From Acidimicrobiales bacterium (GTDB lineage: Bacteria > Actinomycetota > Acidimicrobiia > Acidimicrobiales > RAAP-2), in NCBI GenBank assembly GCA_030043315.1, contig JASHYA010000322.1, positions 1-56,602 of the forward strand: a stretch of DNA of 56,602 bases, read 5' to 3'. Shown here piece by piece: positions 17,371 through 26,507 of the stretch. The first letter of the stretch is position 1. Each line of letters starts with the position of its first letter. Both the position numbers and the translations under genes were made by a program. Under the pieces are notes generated by a model. That model saw nothing but the letters and a program-made list of their open reading frames with translations. It searched no databases and had not been told where the DNA came from.

Positions 17371-18516
17371 ATGCCGCCGACGGTGAGGTCCCAGGCGGCG
17401 GTGCTGGAGAAGGTGGGTGCCAGCCTCCAGCTGGCCGAGCTGGATCTCGCCGCGCCCGGACCGCAGGAAGTCCTGGTCCGGATCCACGCCAGTGGCGTCT
17501 GCCACAGCGACCTCAGCGTCATGACCGGAGTGATCGGCACGCCTCTCCCTGCCGTCCTCGGCCACGAGGCGGCCGGCGTGGTGGAGGCGGTCGGGCCCGG
17601 CGTCACTCGCGTGGTGCCCGGTGATCACGTGGTCCTCTCATGGAGTCCGTCATGCGGTGCCTGCGACGAGTGCCTCCGTGACCTCCCCCAGCTGTGCACG
17701 GCCGCGTGGCCGGCGATGTTCGCCGGCGGCCTCCTCGACGGGACGTCCCGACTCTCCCGTGCCGGAGAGCCCGTCTACCACTATTCGCTGATCTCCTCGT
17801 TCGCCGAGCGGGCCGTGGTTTCCGAGCGCTCCTGCGTCGTCATCCCCCGAGAGGCCCCGTTCGAGGTGGCTTCCATCGTGGGGTGCGCGGTGACGACGGG
17901 CGTCGGCGCAGTCTGGAACACCGCCAGGGTCCGTCCGGGCGATCGGGTGGCCGTCCTCGGTATCGGAGGGGTGGGGCTGAGCGCAGTGATGGGCGCTGCC
18001 GCCGTCGGGGCATGGCCGATAGTCGCCGTCGACCGGGTGCCCGACAAGCTGGAGCTGGCCCGCAGCTGCGGTGCCACCCACGCCGTGCAATGGGCAGGAT
18101 CGGCGGAGGACACCGCCGAGGCGATCCGGTCGGCGTCGGGCGGAGGAGTGGACTACGCGGTCGAGGCGATCGGCCGCCCGGAGGTGGGGTTGGCGGCGTT
18201 TCTCTCGACCCGGGCCCGGGGAGCGGCCGTCCTGATCGGAATCTCCAAGGAAGGCGAGACCTTGGACCTTCCGCTCCTCTCGATCCCCCGGCTCGAGCGG
18301 CGCGTGCTTGGCAGCATCTACGGCTCGGCACGGCCCGAGCGGGACTTCCGGCTGATCCTGGATCTCTACCTCGCCGGCCGTCTACCGCTCGATCGACTGG
18401 TCTCGGGTCGGCTGCCCCTGGATGGCGTCAACGAAGCCCTCGAGCTCGTCCGGGCCGGCTTGGCCACCCGCACGGTGCTCCTTCCGACCACGGAGGCCAC
18501 CGGCTCTCACCGATAG
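17371..18516 (+). CDS. Zn-dependent alcohol dehydrogenase, class III / S-(hydroxymethyl)mycothiol dehydrogenase-like
   Basis: GVCHSDLSV...GHEAAGVV, structural Zn CGACDEC, and GIGGVGL. The C-terminus DLYLAGRLPLDRLVSGRLPLDGVNEA closely resembles mycothiol-dependent formaldehyde dehydrogenases. Confidence 0.85.
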   Translation: MPPTVRSQAAVLEKVGASLQLAELDLAAPGPQEVLVRIHASGVCHSDLSVMTGVIGTPLPAVLGHEAAGVVEAVGPGVTRVVPGDHVVLSWSPSCGACDECLRDLPQLCTAAWPAMFAGGLLDGTSRLSRAGEPVYHYSLISSFAERAVVSERSCVVIPREAPFEVASIVGCAVTTGVGAVWNTARVRPGDRVAVLGIGGVGLSAVMGAAAVGAWPIVAVDRVPDKLELARSCGATHAVQWAGSAEDTAEAIRSASGGGVDYAVEAIGRPEVGLAAFLSTRARGAAVLIGISKEGETLDLPLLSIPRLERRVLGSIYGSARPERDFRLILDLYLAGRLPLDRLVSGRLPLDGVNEALELVRAGLATRTVLLPTTEATGSHR

Positions 18517-18526
18517 CGTCGGTCGA

Positions 18527-19657
18527 ATGCTGACCCGCGCCGAGCTCGAAGGCCCGAACGCGAAAGCCGCCCTCGCCCGCCTGCGCGCCGTCGGACCGGT
18601 CGCGTGGGTCTCCGATCTCGAGGCCTGGGTGGTGACCGGCTACGACGTCGCGGTCGAGGTGTTGCGCGACGCCCGGACCTTCACCGTGGACGACCCCCGC
18701 TTCTCGACCGCACAGGTGGTCGGCGCCAGCATGCTGTCACTCGACGGCGGCAGCCACCGCCGGCATCGGGATCCGTTCGTGCCGCCGTTCCGGCCCGGCC
18801 AGGTCGAGTCCAGCTTCGGGCCCGCCGTCCGCCGGCTCGCGGCCGACCTCGTCGAGCTCATCCGGCCCGCTGGTCACGGCGACCTGCGCGCCGGCCTGGC
18901 GAGGCCCCTCGCTGCAGGCACCATCGCCGCCGCGCTCGACCTGCCCGTGGACGCCGCGACCGTGCTCGAGTGGTACACCGCCATCGCCGGGGCCGTGTCG
19001 GCCATCACGGCAGGCGAGCCCCCGGGTTCCGCGGCTCCGGCCGCCGTCGGCCACCTCGCCGCCAGCGCTCAGGCGGCAGCCGGCTCTCCGGGGTCGGTGC
19101 TCGGCGCGGCGGCGGCCAGCCTCAGCCGCGCGGAGGTCGCGTCCAACGCCGCGGTGGTGCTGTTCGGCGGCGTCGAGACCACCGAGGCCATGATCGCCAA
19201 CGCCTTCGTGCACCTTTTGAGCTCCGACCTCACGGGTGCCGGCCGAGATGACGCCTCGTGGCTCGCCGCGGCGGTCGAGGAGTCGCTGCGCATGGAGCCG
19301 GCCGCCGCCTTCGTCGACCGTTACGCCACCGCCGACGCGACCGTTGGCGGCGCCCGGATCCGAGCCGGGGACCTGGTGCGGGTGTCGCTCAGCGGCGCCA
19401 ACCGCGACCCCGCGGTCTTCCCCGACCCCGACACCTTCGACCCGGAGCGCTCCAACGTGCGCGCCCAACTCTCGTTCGCCCGCGGGCCGCACACCTGCGT
19501 GGCCATGGACCTGGCCCGGCTCGAGACGCGCACTGCCCTGGAGGCCGCCTGGCGCATGTTGCCCGGGCTGCGCCTGGTCGGCCCGACGCCGATCCGGGGC
19601 CTCGTGTTCCGCAAACCGGACACGGTGTCCGTCGTCTGGGATGAAGGATCGAGGTGA
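18527..19657 (+). CDS. cytochrome P450 (short, 376 aa)
   Basis: I-helix FGGVETT, EESLR (ExxR) and heme loop FARGPHTCVAMDLAR. The ATG at 18527 lies 11 nt after the ADH stop. No ferredoxin or reductase gene is present in the window. Confidence 0.85.
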   Translation: MLTRAELEGPNAKAALARLRAVGPVAWVSDLEAWVVTGYDVAVEVLRDARTFTVDDPRFSTAQVVGASMLSLDGGSHRRHRDPFVPPFRPGQVESSFGPAVRRLAADLVELIRPAGHGDLRAGLARPLAAGTIAAALDLPVDAATVLEWYTAIAGAVSAITAGEPPGSAAPAAVGHLAASAQAAAGSPGSVLGAAAASLSRAEVASNAAVVLFGGVETTEAMIANAFVHLLSSDLTGAGRDDASWLAAAVEESLRMEPAAAFVDRYATADATVGGARIRAGDLVRVSLSGANRDPAVFPDPDTFDPERSNVRAQLSFARGPHTCVAMDLARLETRTALEAAWRMLPGLRLVGPTPIRGLVFRKPDTVSVVWDEGSR

Positions 19658-19740
19658 ACCCTTGGAGTCGGTGCGGTGATCGGGCCGCGCCCACTCCGGC
19701 TTCCTTCCGCGCCACCGGCCGTTCGACGCGGCCCTACCTC

Positions 19741-21255
19741 TTAACCGGCGGGGTCCACGCCACTGGGGCCGGCGTCTGCAACGTCCCCCCGGCGAACCAC
19801 ATCCACGAGCGGCTCCAGGTCGGACGGAAGCGCCTCCCCCCGCCCGGCGAAAGGCACGATCCCCCGGACCAGCTCATAGGCGCGACCGGTGCCGGCACCG
19901 AGGCGGGAGGGCCGGCGGAGATCGACCGCCTGGGCCGCCACGGTCAACTCCACGGCCACCGTGCGCGCCGCCAGGTCCACCATGTCTGCGAGGCGGCGGG
20001 CCGACAGGGGTGCCATCGTCGTTCGATCCTCGATCCCGTCCGCCTTGCTGGTGCTCACCACCTCGAAAGACACGGGGTAGGCGAGGCTTCGGGCTTCGGC
20101 TGCGAGCGCCTGGGCGGTGAGGGCCAGCTCGGCCAGCGCATCCTCGCCGGTGTCCGCTTCCGCCGCGAGACCGGCGGGCAGGCCCGAGAACGGGGTCTGC
20201 AGCAGCTTCACCGTGCGCTCGGCGGCGGAGGTCACGACGGGCGCCAGGGCGATGCGGGCGAAGTCGAGGGCGGCGGCGACGGGAGCTGCGTCGAAATTGC
20301 CGACCGAGACGATCTGCCGGTCGGCGAGGACGACCGCGGGGTTGCCCTGAGCCGAGTTGAGCTCGGTCTCGACCGTCGCCCGCACGTAGGTGAGCGCGTC
20401 CCTGGCCGCGCCATGGATCTGCGGCACGCAGCGGAACGTGAGAGGATCCTGGAGGTTGCGCGCCGTGCCCGGATCGAAGATGTAGCTCCCTTGGAGCATC
20501 GCCCGGAGGCGGCCGACGGTGGTCCTTATCCCCGGGTACGGCCGTAGCTCTCCCACCGCCGGGTGCAATGGTGAGGGGTTGGCGGCGAACGCCTCGAGGT
20601 CCAGGGCCGCGGCGACATCGCTCGCGTCCAACAGGCGCTCGGCCGCGGCGACTGCGAGTGCGGCCCAGCCCGTGGAGAAGGCGTTGGCGTTGATGAGCCC
20701 CGGACCCTCCCCCTCCCGGAGGGAGAACCCGGACTGGCGAAGGAGCCCCTCGGCCAGGTCCGCCATGGGCCCGAGATCGGAGATCCCTACGGAGCTCAGG
20801 GTCCGCACCCGGGGCACGGTGCCTTGGTTGAGGGCGGCGAGGACCATGTCGGCGAGCTCGGGACGCACACCCGTCGCTCCCCGGGCATAGCCGTTCACGA
20901 GGCAGGTCATGGTCGCACGGACGACCTCGGGTGGTGCCGGGGGGCCCTGCGAGATCAGGTGACCGGACACGAGGAAGCGGGTGAACCGAAGACGTGTGGC
21001 GGGGTCGAGGTCGACCCTCTTGCGCTCGGCCACGGCGGTCGTGAGACCGTAGACGCGTTCGTTCGCACGCAGCGCCTCCTCGACCACCTGACGCGCCGCC
21101 GCGATCCGGTCCCGGGCCGCCGGCGCCAGCCCGACCAGCACGCCCCGCTCGGCGACGGCGACGAGCGAATCGAGGTTCAGCGAAGAGCCGTCGAGCAGCA
21201 CCGTTGGAGTCACAACGGGCGGAGCTTCGCCCGGGCGAGCGGCAGACGGTGTCAA
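19741..21255 (-). CDS. aromatic amino acid lyase-family (HAL-like) protein lacking the Ala-Ser-Gly MIO triad
   Basis: Strong HAL blocks: RVYGLTTA, LQDPLTFRCVPQIHGAA, SAQGNPAV...SVGNFDAAPVA, GIEDRTTMAP. The MIO loop reads SSVGISDLGPMADLA, one residue short with no ASG. The start is uncertain: TTG at 21255 or GTG at 21213 (the latter gives MTPTVLLDG, like its paralogues). Confidence 0.8.
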   Translation of the reverse strand: MTPSAARPGEAPPVVTPTVLLDGSSLNLDSLVAVAERGVLVGLAPAARDRIAAARQVVEEALRANERVYGLTTAVAERKRVDLDPATRLRFTRFLVSGHLISQGPPAPPEVVRATMTCLVNGYARGATGVRPELADMVLAALNQGTVPRVRTLSSVGISDLGPMADLAEGLLRQSGFSLREGEGPGLINANAFSTGWAALAVAAAERLLDASDVAAALDLEAFAANPSPLHPAVGELRPYPGIRTTVGRLRAMLQGSYIFDPGTARNLQDPLTFRCVPQIHGAARDALTYVRATVETELNSAQGNPAVVLADRQIVSVGNFDAAPVAAALDFARIALAPVVTSAAERTVKLLQTPFSGLPAGLAAEADTGEDALAELALTAQALAAEARSLAYPVSFEVVSTSKADGIEDRTTMAPLSARRLADMVDLAARTVAVELTVAAQAVDLRRPSRLGAGTGRAYELVRGIVPFAGRGEALPSDLEPLVDVVRRGDVADAGPSGVDPAG

Positions 21256-21295
21256 CGGCGCATCATGCTATGCAGGTCGGCGGTCCTCAGTGCCG

Positions 21296-21329
21296 GCTCC
21301 TCCCGCCTGCAGAGGACCCAGGGAGGAGC
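21296..21329 (-). other. intercistronic stem-loop between soxG and the HAL-like gene
   Basis: GCTCCTCCC-(16 nt)-GGGAGGAGC, a 9-bp perfect stem. It could act as an attenuator, terminator or mRNA stability element. Confidence 0.3.
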
Positions 21330-21400
21330 ACCACCCCGTCTCCGGAGGCCGCGGTGTCCCGGTGCCGTGAACGATCTCGAGATCGGAGTGAGGCGTCCCA

Positions 21401-22018
21401 TCAGATCTCCTGTTCGGGGTAGCCGGTCAGGCCGATTCCGAACTCTTGGCCCGCGTCGGCGAGTGCGTCGAACAGGAACTGCCCAGAAGAACGGTCGGAC
21501 ACGATGAGGTAGGACGGGTCTCCATCGACGTCATCGCGCACGACGGTCGAGACGACGGCTGCGACACGGCTCCGGAAGCTGGAGCCGTTCGGCGTGGCGC
21601 GGTCGGACAGGTCGATGGCGCACACCTTCTCGAGGGCCCTTCTGGCGCTCTCTCCGCTGAGACGGAGCACCACGCTCCCATGCGTCACGTCGATGACCGT
21701 CACGAGCGACGTGCAGCCGCGGAGCCGGGAGGCGATCATCTCCGAGACGGCGTCGGACCTCCCGGTGGGCGCGAGGACGAGCCAGCTGTCCGGCCCGGTC
21801 CCGACGATCAGGCTGCCGTCCTCGCGACGGGCACGGAGGTGCTCGCACAACAACGGGGCGACCTCGCCCGGCGCCCCCCGCACGAGCACCTTCGAGAGGG
21901 CGGTCATGTCGGCGAGGCGGAGCGCCGCCTTCGAGTGCGCGCTGCTCACCTCCCATGCGCCCCGCGTTCCCGTCGGTCCGGCGGGTGCGATCGGCGAGCG
22001 TGCGACGGGCTCAGCCAC
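21401..22018 (-). CDS. soxG: sarcosine oxidase-family gamma subunit (SoxG / N-methylglutamate dehydrogenase MgdD type)
   Basis: SoxG-like sequence: ARSPIAP..., LRLADMTALSKVLVRG, VIDVTHGSVVLRLSG. The GTG at 22018 overlaps the soxA end by 8 nt; the alternative start at 22051 would overlap by 41 nt. Confidence 0.75.
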   Translation of the reverse strand: MAEPVARSPIAPAGPTGTRGAWEVSSAHSKAALRLADMTALSKVLVRGAPGEVAPLLCEHLRARREDGSLIVGTGPDSWLVLAPTGRSDAVSEMIASRLRGCTSLVTVIDVTHGSVVLRLSGESARRALEKVCAIDLSDRATPNGSSFRSRVAAVVSTVVRDDVDGDPSYLIVSDRSSGQFLFDALADAGQEFGIGLTGYPEQEI

Positions 22019-24845
22019 GGAGCCGTTCCCCCGCCGGGTCGAAGTGGGCATGCTCCTCCATGACGCGCGCCGTCACCCTCGTCCCGTCCGGCTGCTTGAC
22101 CGTCACCACGGTGCCCGCGTGGGCGAGGTCGGCGGACACGATGCCGAGGCAGATCGAGCGCCCCAGCGTCGGCGAGAAGCGGCTCGAGGTGACCCTCCCC
22201 TCGATCTCGTTGGCGCCGCTCACGATCTGGCTCGCTTCGGGCGGCACGACGGTCGGGTCTGTCGGCTGCAGGCCGACGAGACGGAGCTCGTCTGACCGCT
22301 CCGACTGCCAGACGAGCTCGGGCCTGCCGGCGAAGTCCTCCTTGTCGAGCTTCACGAGCCAGTCGAGGCCAGCCGTGAACGCCTGCGTCAGCCCGTCGGT
22401 GTCCTGGCCGACGATGAAGTGGCCCTTCTCGAGACGCATGATCCGCTGCGCCTCGAGGCCGAAGGGCCCGACCCCGAGGTCTGCTCCGGCCGCCATGAGG
22501 GCCTCCCACACGTACAGGCCAAAGGCGGCCGGCACGTGGACCTCGTAACTCAGCTCCCCCGTGAAGCCGATCCGCCACATGAGGCAGTTGGCGACGCCGG
22601 CGATCGTCCCCTGCCGCACCTGCATGTACTTGAAGGCATCCGGGCCGAGGTCGACGTCGTCGACAAGCCGTCGGAGCAGCTCACGGGAGTTCGGCCCGGC
22701 GACGTTGATCGAGGCGAACGCGCTCGTCATCTCGGTGACATGGACCGACCAATCCGTAAACGTCGTCTGTAGCCAGTTCTCGATCCACTCGTAGATCGCG
22801 CTCGCGCCGGAGCTCGTCGTCGACATGAAGTAGTGGTCGGGACCGAGGTGGCCCGTCACACCATCGTCGGCGACGACCCCGTCCTCGCCGCACATCACTC
22901 CGTAACGGACCGAACCGATGTCGAGCTTCGACCACTTGTTCACATAGAGGAAGTTGAGGAGCCTCGGGACGTCCGGCCCGCGCAGATCCAACTTGCCGAG
23001 CGGCGTGACGTCGATGAGCCCGACGTTCTCGCGGACGTTGCGCACCTCGGAGGCCGGGTCCCCGTAGTGCTCGGGCCGAATCCACTGCCCGGCGACGATG
23101 GGCCGGGCTCGGACCGCCTCGTGCCAGGGCTGCATCGGCGAATAGCGGACTGGCTCGAGGTTGCGGCCGGCGAGCGCCCCCAGGCTGATGGGAACGTGCG
23201 GCGGGCGCCACACGGTGGTGCCCGTCTCGGCGACCGTTCGCCCGGTCGACTCGGCGAGCACCGCGACGGTGTTGATCGTCTCGAGCTTTCCCTGGGACGG
23301 CCCCATCGTCGCCGTCGTGTAACGCTTCACGAGCTCGACCGAGTCGTACCCCTCCTGAGCCGCCGAGACGAGGTCCTTCGACGAGACATCCTCGGACAGG
23401 TCGACGAACCCGTGGGTGCGCGACCTGAAGAGGGCGGGGTGGTCGGCGGGCTCGAGGCGTGGGAGCGCGGTGAGCGGGCCGTGCCCGTCGAGGGTCTCGA
23501 GTGCCCGGCGCGCCGCACGCAGCCCCGTTGCCCTGCCGTGCTCGACGAGGAGATCGACGTCGCCGTCGCCGACGAGACCACCCGTTGCGAAGACGTCCGA
23601 AGGCAGGTCGTCACCCGGCACGAAGCGGGCGGCACGGTCGCAGTAGCGCGGCTTCACGCCGGTCATGTTCACGAGAAGCGTCGGCGCCGTCCACCCGGCC
23701 GCCGTCACGAGGAGGTCGCACTCGACCCGGGCGCCGTCTCCCGTCTCGACTTCCGTCACCCCGCCGCGCCCGCGCGCCCTCAGAAGGGCGCCACCGCGCC
23801 GCGCGTCGACGACGGCCGCCACCTCGGCGCCGGCACGCTCGAGGGCTGCGGCGGCTGCCTCGCCGCTCTGGTTCCCCGTGAAGACGACCGCCCGTTCGCC
23901 TGGGCGGACCGCGTAGAGGTTGACGAGCCGGCTCACCGCGCTCGAGAGCATCACGCCGGGAAGGTCGTTGCCCTCGAAGACGTACGGCCGCTCGATGAGC
24001 CCGACCGCCACGACGACACTTTTCGCACGCGCCTTCACGAGCCGCTCGGTCACGTGCGGCATGCTTCGCTGCAGGACGGCGACCCAGTTGTCGTCGTAGC
24101 GTCCGGTCACCGCCGAGTTCGTCAGCACTTCGATCTGCTCGTGCGCCGCCACCGCCGCGCGCAGCTCCTGCAGTCGTGAGAGCGCGACCTCGTCGCCATA
24201 TCGGAGGTGGCCACCGAGCTCGTGCTCCTCCTCGACCAGCATGACCTCTGCCCCCGCCTCTGCCGCGGCGATTGCTGCGGCCATCCCTGCCGGGCCTCCC
24301 CCGGCGACGAGGACGTCGGGATGGGCGAAACGCTTGTCGTAGTCGCCGTGCGGGGACGATGCCGAGACGCGTCCGCCGGCTGCGAACCGTTGCAGGACGC
24401 GCTCGTACGCCGGCCACAACCGCTGCGGCTTGATGAAGGTCTTGTAGTAGAAGCCGGCACTGAGGAAGGGCCCGACGGCCTGGTTCGCCGCGCCGACGTC
24501 GAAGCGCAGCGAGGGCCAGGAGTGCAGGGCGCGCACGTCCATGCCGGCAGCAACCTGGCGGTGCGACGCGCGGACGTTCGGCTCATCGTCCACCTGCACG
24601 AGGCAACCGGGGTCGTGGAAGGTGGCCGTGAGGATGCCGCGCGGGCGGTGGTACTTGAAGCTGCGGGAGAGGACGCGGTCGCCGGCCGCCGCCAGGGCGC
24701 TCGAGATGGTGTCGCCGTCGTAGGCGGCACGCGAGGCGCCGTTCCAGTAGAAGGTGAGACTCCGAGAGCGGTCGATGACCTCGCCCGGCTGCGGCCCGAT
24801 GCGCCGAGTCGGACCGGCAACCACCCTCCCCCCGATCCGGATCAC
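22011..24845 (-). CDS. soxA: sarcosine oxidase-family alpha subunit (SoxA / MgdC type) with a C-terminal folate-binding GcvT-like domain
   Basis: N-terminus F.WNG....YDGDTISSALAAAG, SFKYHRPRG, NAD/FAD fold DVLVAGGGPAGMAAA, and a C-terminal aminomethyltransferase-like domain. The GTG at 24845 overlaps the soxD stop (GTGA). Confidence 0.9.
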   Translation of the reverse strand: MIRIGGRVVAGPTRRIGPQPGEVIDRSRSLTFYWNGASRAAYDGDTISSALAAAGDRVLSRSFKYHRPRGILTATFHDPGCLVQVDDEPNVRASHRQVAAGMDVRALHSWPSLRFDVGAANQAVGPFLSAGFYYKTFIKPQRLWPAYERVLQRFAAGGRVSASSPHGDYDKRFAHPDVLVAGGGPAGMAAAIAAAEAGAEVMLVEEEHELGGHLRYGDEVALSRLQELRAAVAAHEQIEVLTNSAVTGRYDDNWVAVLQRSMPHVTERLVKARAKSVVVAVGLIERPYVFEGNDLPGVMLSSAVSRLVNLYAVRPGERAVVFTGNQSGEAAAAALERAGAEVAAVVDARRGGALLRARGRGGVTEVETGDGARVECDLLVTAAGWTAPTLLVNMTGVKPRYCDRAARFVPGDDLPSDVFATGGLVGDGDVDLLVEHGRATGLRAARRALETLDGHGPLTALPRLEPADHPALFRSRTHGFVDLSEDVSSKDLVSAAQEGYDSVELVKRYTTATMGPSQGKLETINTVAVLAESTGRTVAETGTTVWRPPHVPISLGALAGRNLEPVRYSPMQPWHEAVRARPIVAGQWIRPEHYGDPASEVRNVRENVGLIDVTPLGKLDLRGPDVPRLLNFLYVNKWSKLDIGSVRYGVMCGEDGVVADDGVTGHLGPDHYFMSTTSSGASAIYEWIENWLQTTFTDWSVHVTEMTSAFASINVAGPNSRELLRRLVDDVDLGPDAFKYMQVRQGTIAGVANCLMWRIGFTGELSYEVHVPAAFGLYVWEALMAAGADLGVGPFGLEAQRIMRLEKGHFIVGQDTDGLTQAFTAGLDWLVKLDKEDFAGRPELVWQSERSDELRLVGLQPTDPTVVPPEASQIVSGANEIEGRVTSSRFSPTLGRSICLGIVSADLAHAGTVVTVKQPDGTRVTARVMEEHAHFDPAGERLRG

Positions 24846-25138
24846 GAGCTCCCGCCCCCCGCCTCCGCACCTGCATTGCTCCTCTCGAAGCGGGGCTTCG
24901 GGCGGGTGGCACGGACCTCGTTCGTGACGGTGTGACGTTCCGCCACGATGAACTTGCCGCAGCCGGCAGCGTGGAACCACTGCTCGGTCGTCCAACCGGC
25001 CGGGTTGGACTTCGAATACAGGTAGGTCCGCCACTCAGTTGGGGACGTGTCCGGGCCCGGCCGCCGCTTCTCCTCGCCGATGTAGCTGAACTCGTCGGAG
25101 TTGCGGGGCCCGCAGTGCGGACACGGGATGCGGATCAT
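24842..25138 (-). CDS. soxD: sarcosine oxidase-family delta subunit (SoxD / MgdB type)
   Basis: MIRIPCPHCGPRNSDEFSYIGE... is the canonical SoxD Zn-ribbon N-terminus. 98 aa. Confidence 0.9.
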   Translation of the reverse strand: MIRIPCPHCGPRNSDEFSYIGEEKRRPGPDTSPTEWRTYLYSKSNPAGWTTEQWFHAAGCGKFIVAERHTVTNEVRATRPKPRFERSNAGAEAGGGSS

Positions 25139-25166
25139 CGCCCCTTCTCCCTCGCCTCGCCCGGCA

Positions 25167-26507
25167 TCAGTGGCCCACCGCGGCCGCGCCGCGCTCACCG
25201 ACGAGAAGCCCGTCACCAAAGCGGGAGAGCCCGAACGAGGAGATGAGCTCCGGGGTCTTGCCCGTCGCGACGAGCTCGGCCATCGCCTCGCCTGCGGCCG
25301 GTCCCGCCTTGAAGCCGTAGGTGCCCCACCCGACGTCGACGAGGAAGCCCTCGACCGGCGTCGTACCCATGATCGGCGAGAAGTCAGGCGTGAGGTCGCA
25401 CAACCCTGCCCACTGCCTGAGGACCCGCATCTTGGCGATCGACGGCATCAGCTCGAGAACATGCGAGGCGAGCTCCTCGGTGAAGGCGAGGGAGCCACGC
25501 ATCGAGTAGGAGGGGTAGGGGTCGGTGCTCGCCCCGAAGACAAGCTCGCCCCGATCGGTCTGGCTGACGTAGACGTGCAGGCTGCCCGACACCACCACGG
25601 CGCCGAGGAACATCCTCACCGGCTCGGTCACGGCTGCCTGCAACGGGTGCGTGATGATCGGAAGCGAGACGCCGGCGAGAGACGAGACGAGCGACGCCCA
25701 TCCGGCGGTGCAGTTGACGACGATCGGAGACGAGATCTCGCCCCGGTTCGTGGTGACGCCGGTCACCTTGCCGTCGACGACGCCGATCGAGAGAACCTCG
25801 GTCCCTTGATGGATGTGGACGCCGAGGGCGTCCGCCGCCCGTGCGTACCCCCAGTTGACGGCGTCGTGCCGGATGATCCCACCGGGTGGGTGGTAGAGCG
25901 CGCCGAGTATCGGGTAGCGGGTGTGGCTCGAGATGTCCATGAACGGGACCAGCCGCTTGACCTCCTCGGGTGCGATCACCTCCGATTCCACCCCTTGCAG
26001 CTTGTTGACCTCGGCACGCCAGCGCATCGTCCGGAGCGACCCGTCGTTGTGGGCGAGCGTGAGGTGACCCCTCTTGGCGAACATCACATTGAAGTTGAGA
26101 TCGGCGGCGAGCGTGCTGTAGAGCGTCATCGACCGGTCGTAGAAGCGGACGCCCTCTGGCGTGAGGTAGTTGGACCGAAGGATCGCCGTGTTGCGTCCCG
26201 ACCCACCTCCACCCACGTAGCCCTTGTCCACGACGGCGACGCGTCGCATGTTGTGGTTGGCTGCCAGGTAGTAGGCGGTGGCGAGGCCGTGGACGCCGGC
26301 CCCGACGATGACCGCGTCGTAGGCGGACGCGACTTCGTGCTCCCTCCACGCCCGCTGCCACTTCTCGTGGGTCAGGCCGTGGCGCAGCAGGCTGAAGGCC
26401 GAGTAGGTCGTCGTCTTGCGCTGACCATCGGAGGCGGCGCCGCGGAGATGAATGAACCGGCGCGCCGCGGGTCGAAGGTCCGATCCCGCTCGTGCGACGC
26501 CCATCAC
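25167..26507 (-). CDS. soxB: sarcosine oxidase-family beta subunit (SoxB / MgdA type), FAD-dependent
   Basis: YSAFSLLRHGL, dinucleotide fold DAVIVGAGVHGLATAYYLA, and GGGGSGRNTAILRSNY (covalent-FMN His region). Confidence 0.9.
   Translation of the reverse strand: MMGVARAGSDLRPAARRFIHLRGAASDGQRKTTTYSAFSLLRHGLTHEKWQRAWREHEVASAYDAVIVGAGVHGLATAYYLAANHNMRRVAVVDKGYVGGGGSGRNTAILRSNYLTPEGVRFYDRSMTLYSTLAADLNFNVMFAKRGHLTLAHNDGSLRTMRWRAEVNKLQGVESEVIAPEEVKRLVPFMDISSHTRYPILGALYHPPGGIIRHDAVNWGYARAADALGVHIHQGTEVLSIGVVDGKVTGVTTNRGEISSPIVVNCTAGWASLVSSLAGVSLPIITHPLQAAVTEPVRMFLGAVVVSGSLHVYVSQTDRGELVFGASTDPYPSYSMRGSLAFTEELASHVLELMPSIAKMRVLRQWAGLCDLTPDFSPIMGTTPVEGFLVDVGWGTYGFKAGPAAGEAMAELVATGKTPELISSFGLSRFGDGLLVGERGAAAVGH

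Noticed and set aside
15701-17386. 561-aa plus-strand ORF across the CDO-rhodanese and Fae-like genes
   Set aside because: Low-complexity Gly/Arg/Asp/Val-rich sequence antisense to two recognisable genes.
19741-26507. Reading soxBDAG plus the HAL-like gene as a histidine utilisation (hut) locus
   Set aside because: No hutU, hutI or hutG is present. The HAL-like protein lacks the Ala-Ser-Gly MIO triad. The neighbours are methylamine-pathway genes.
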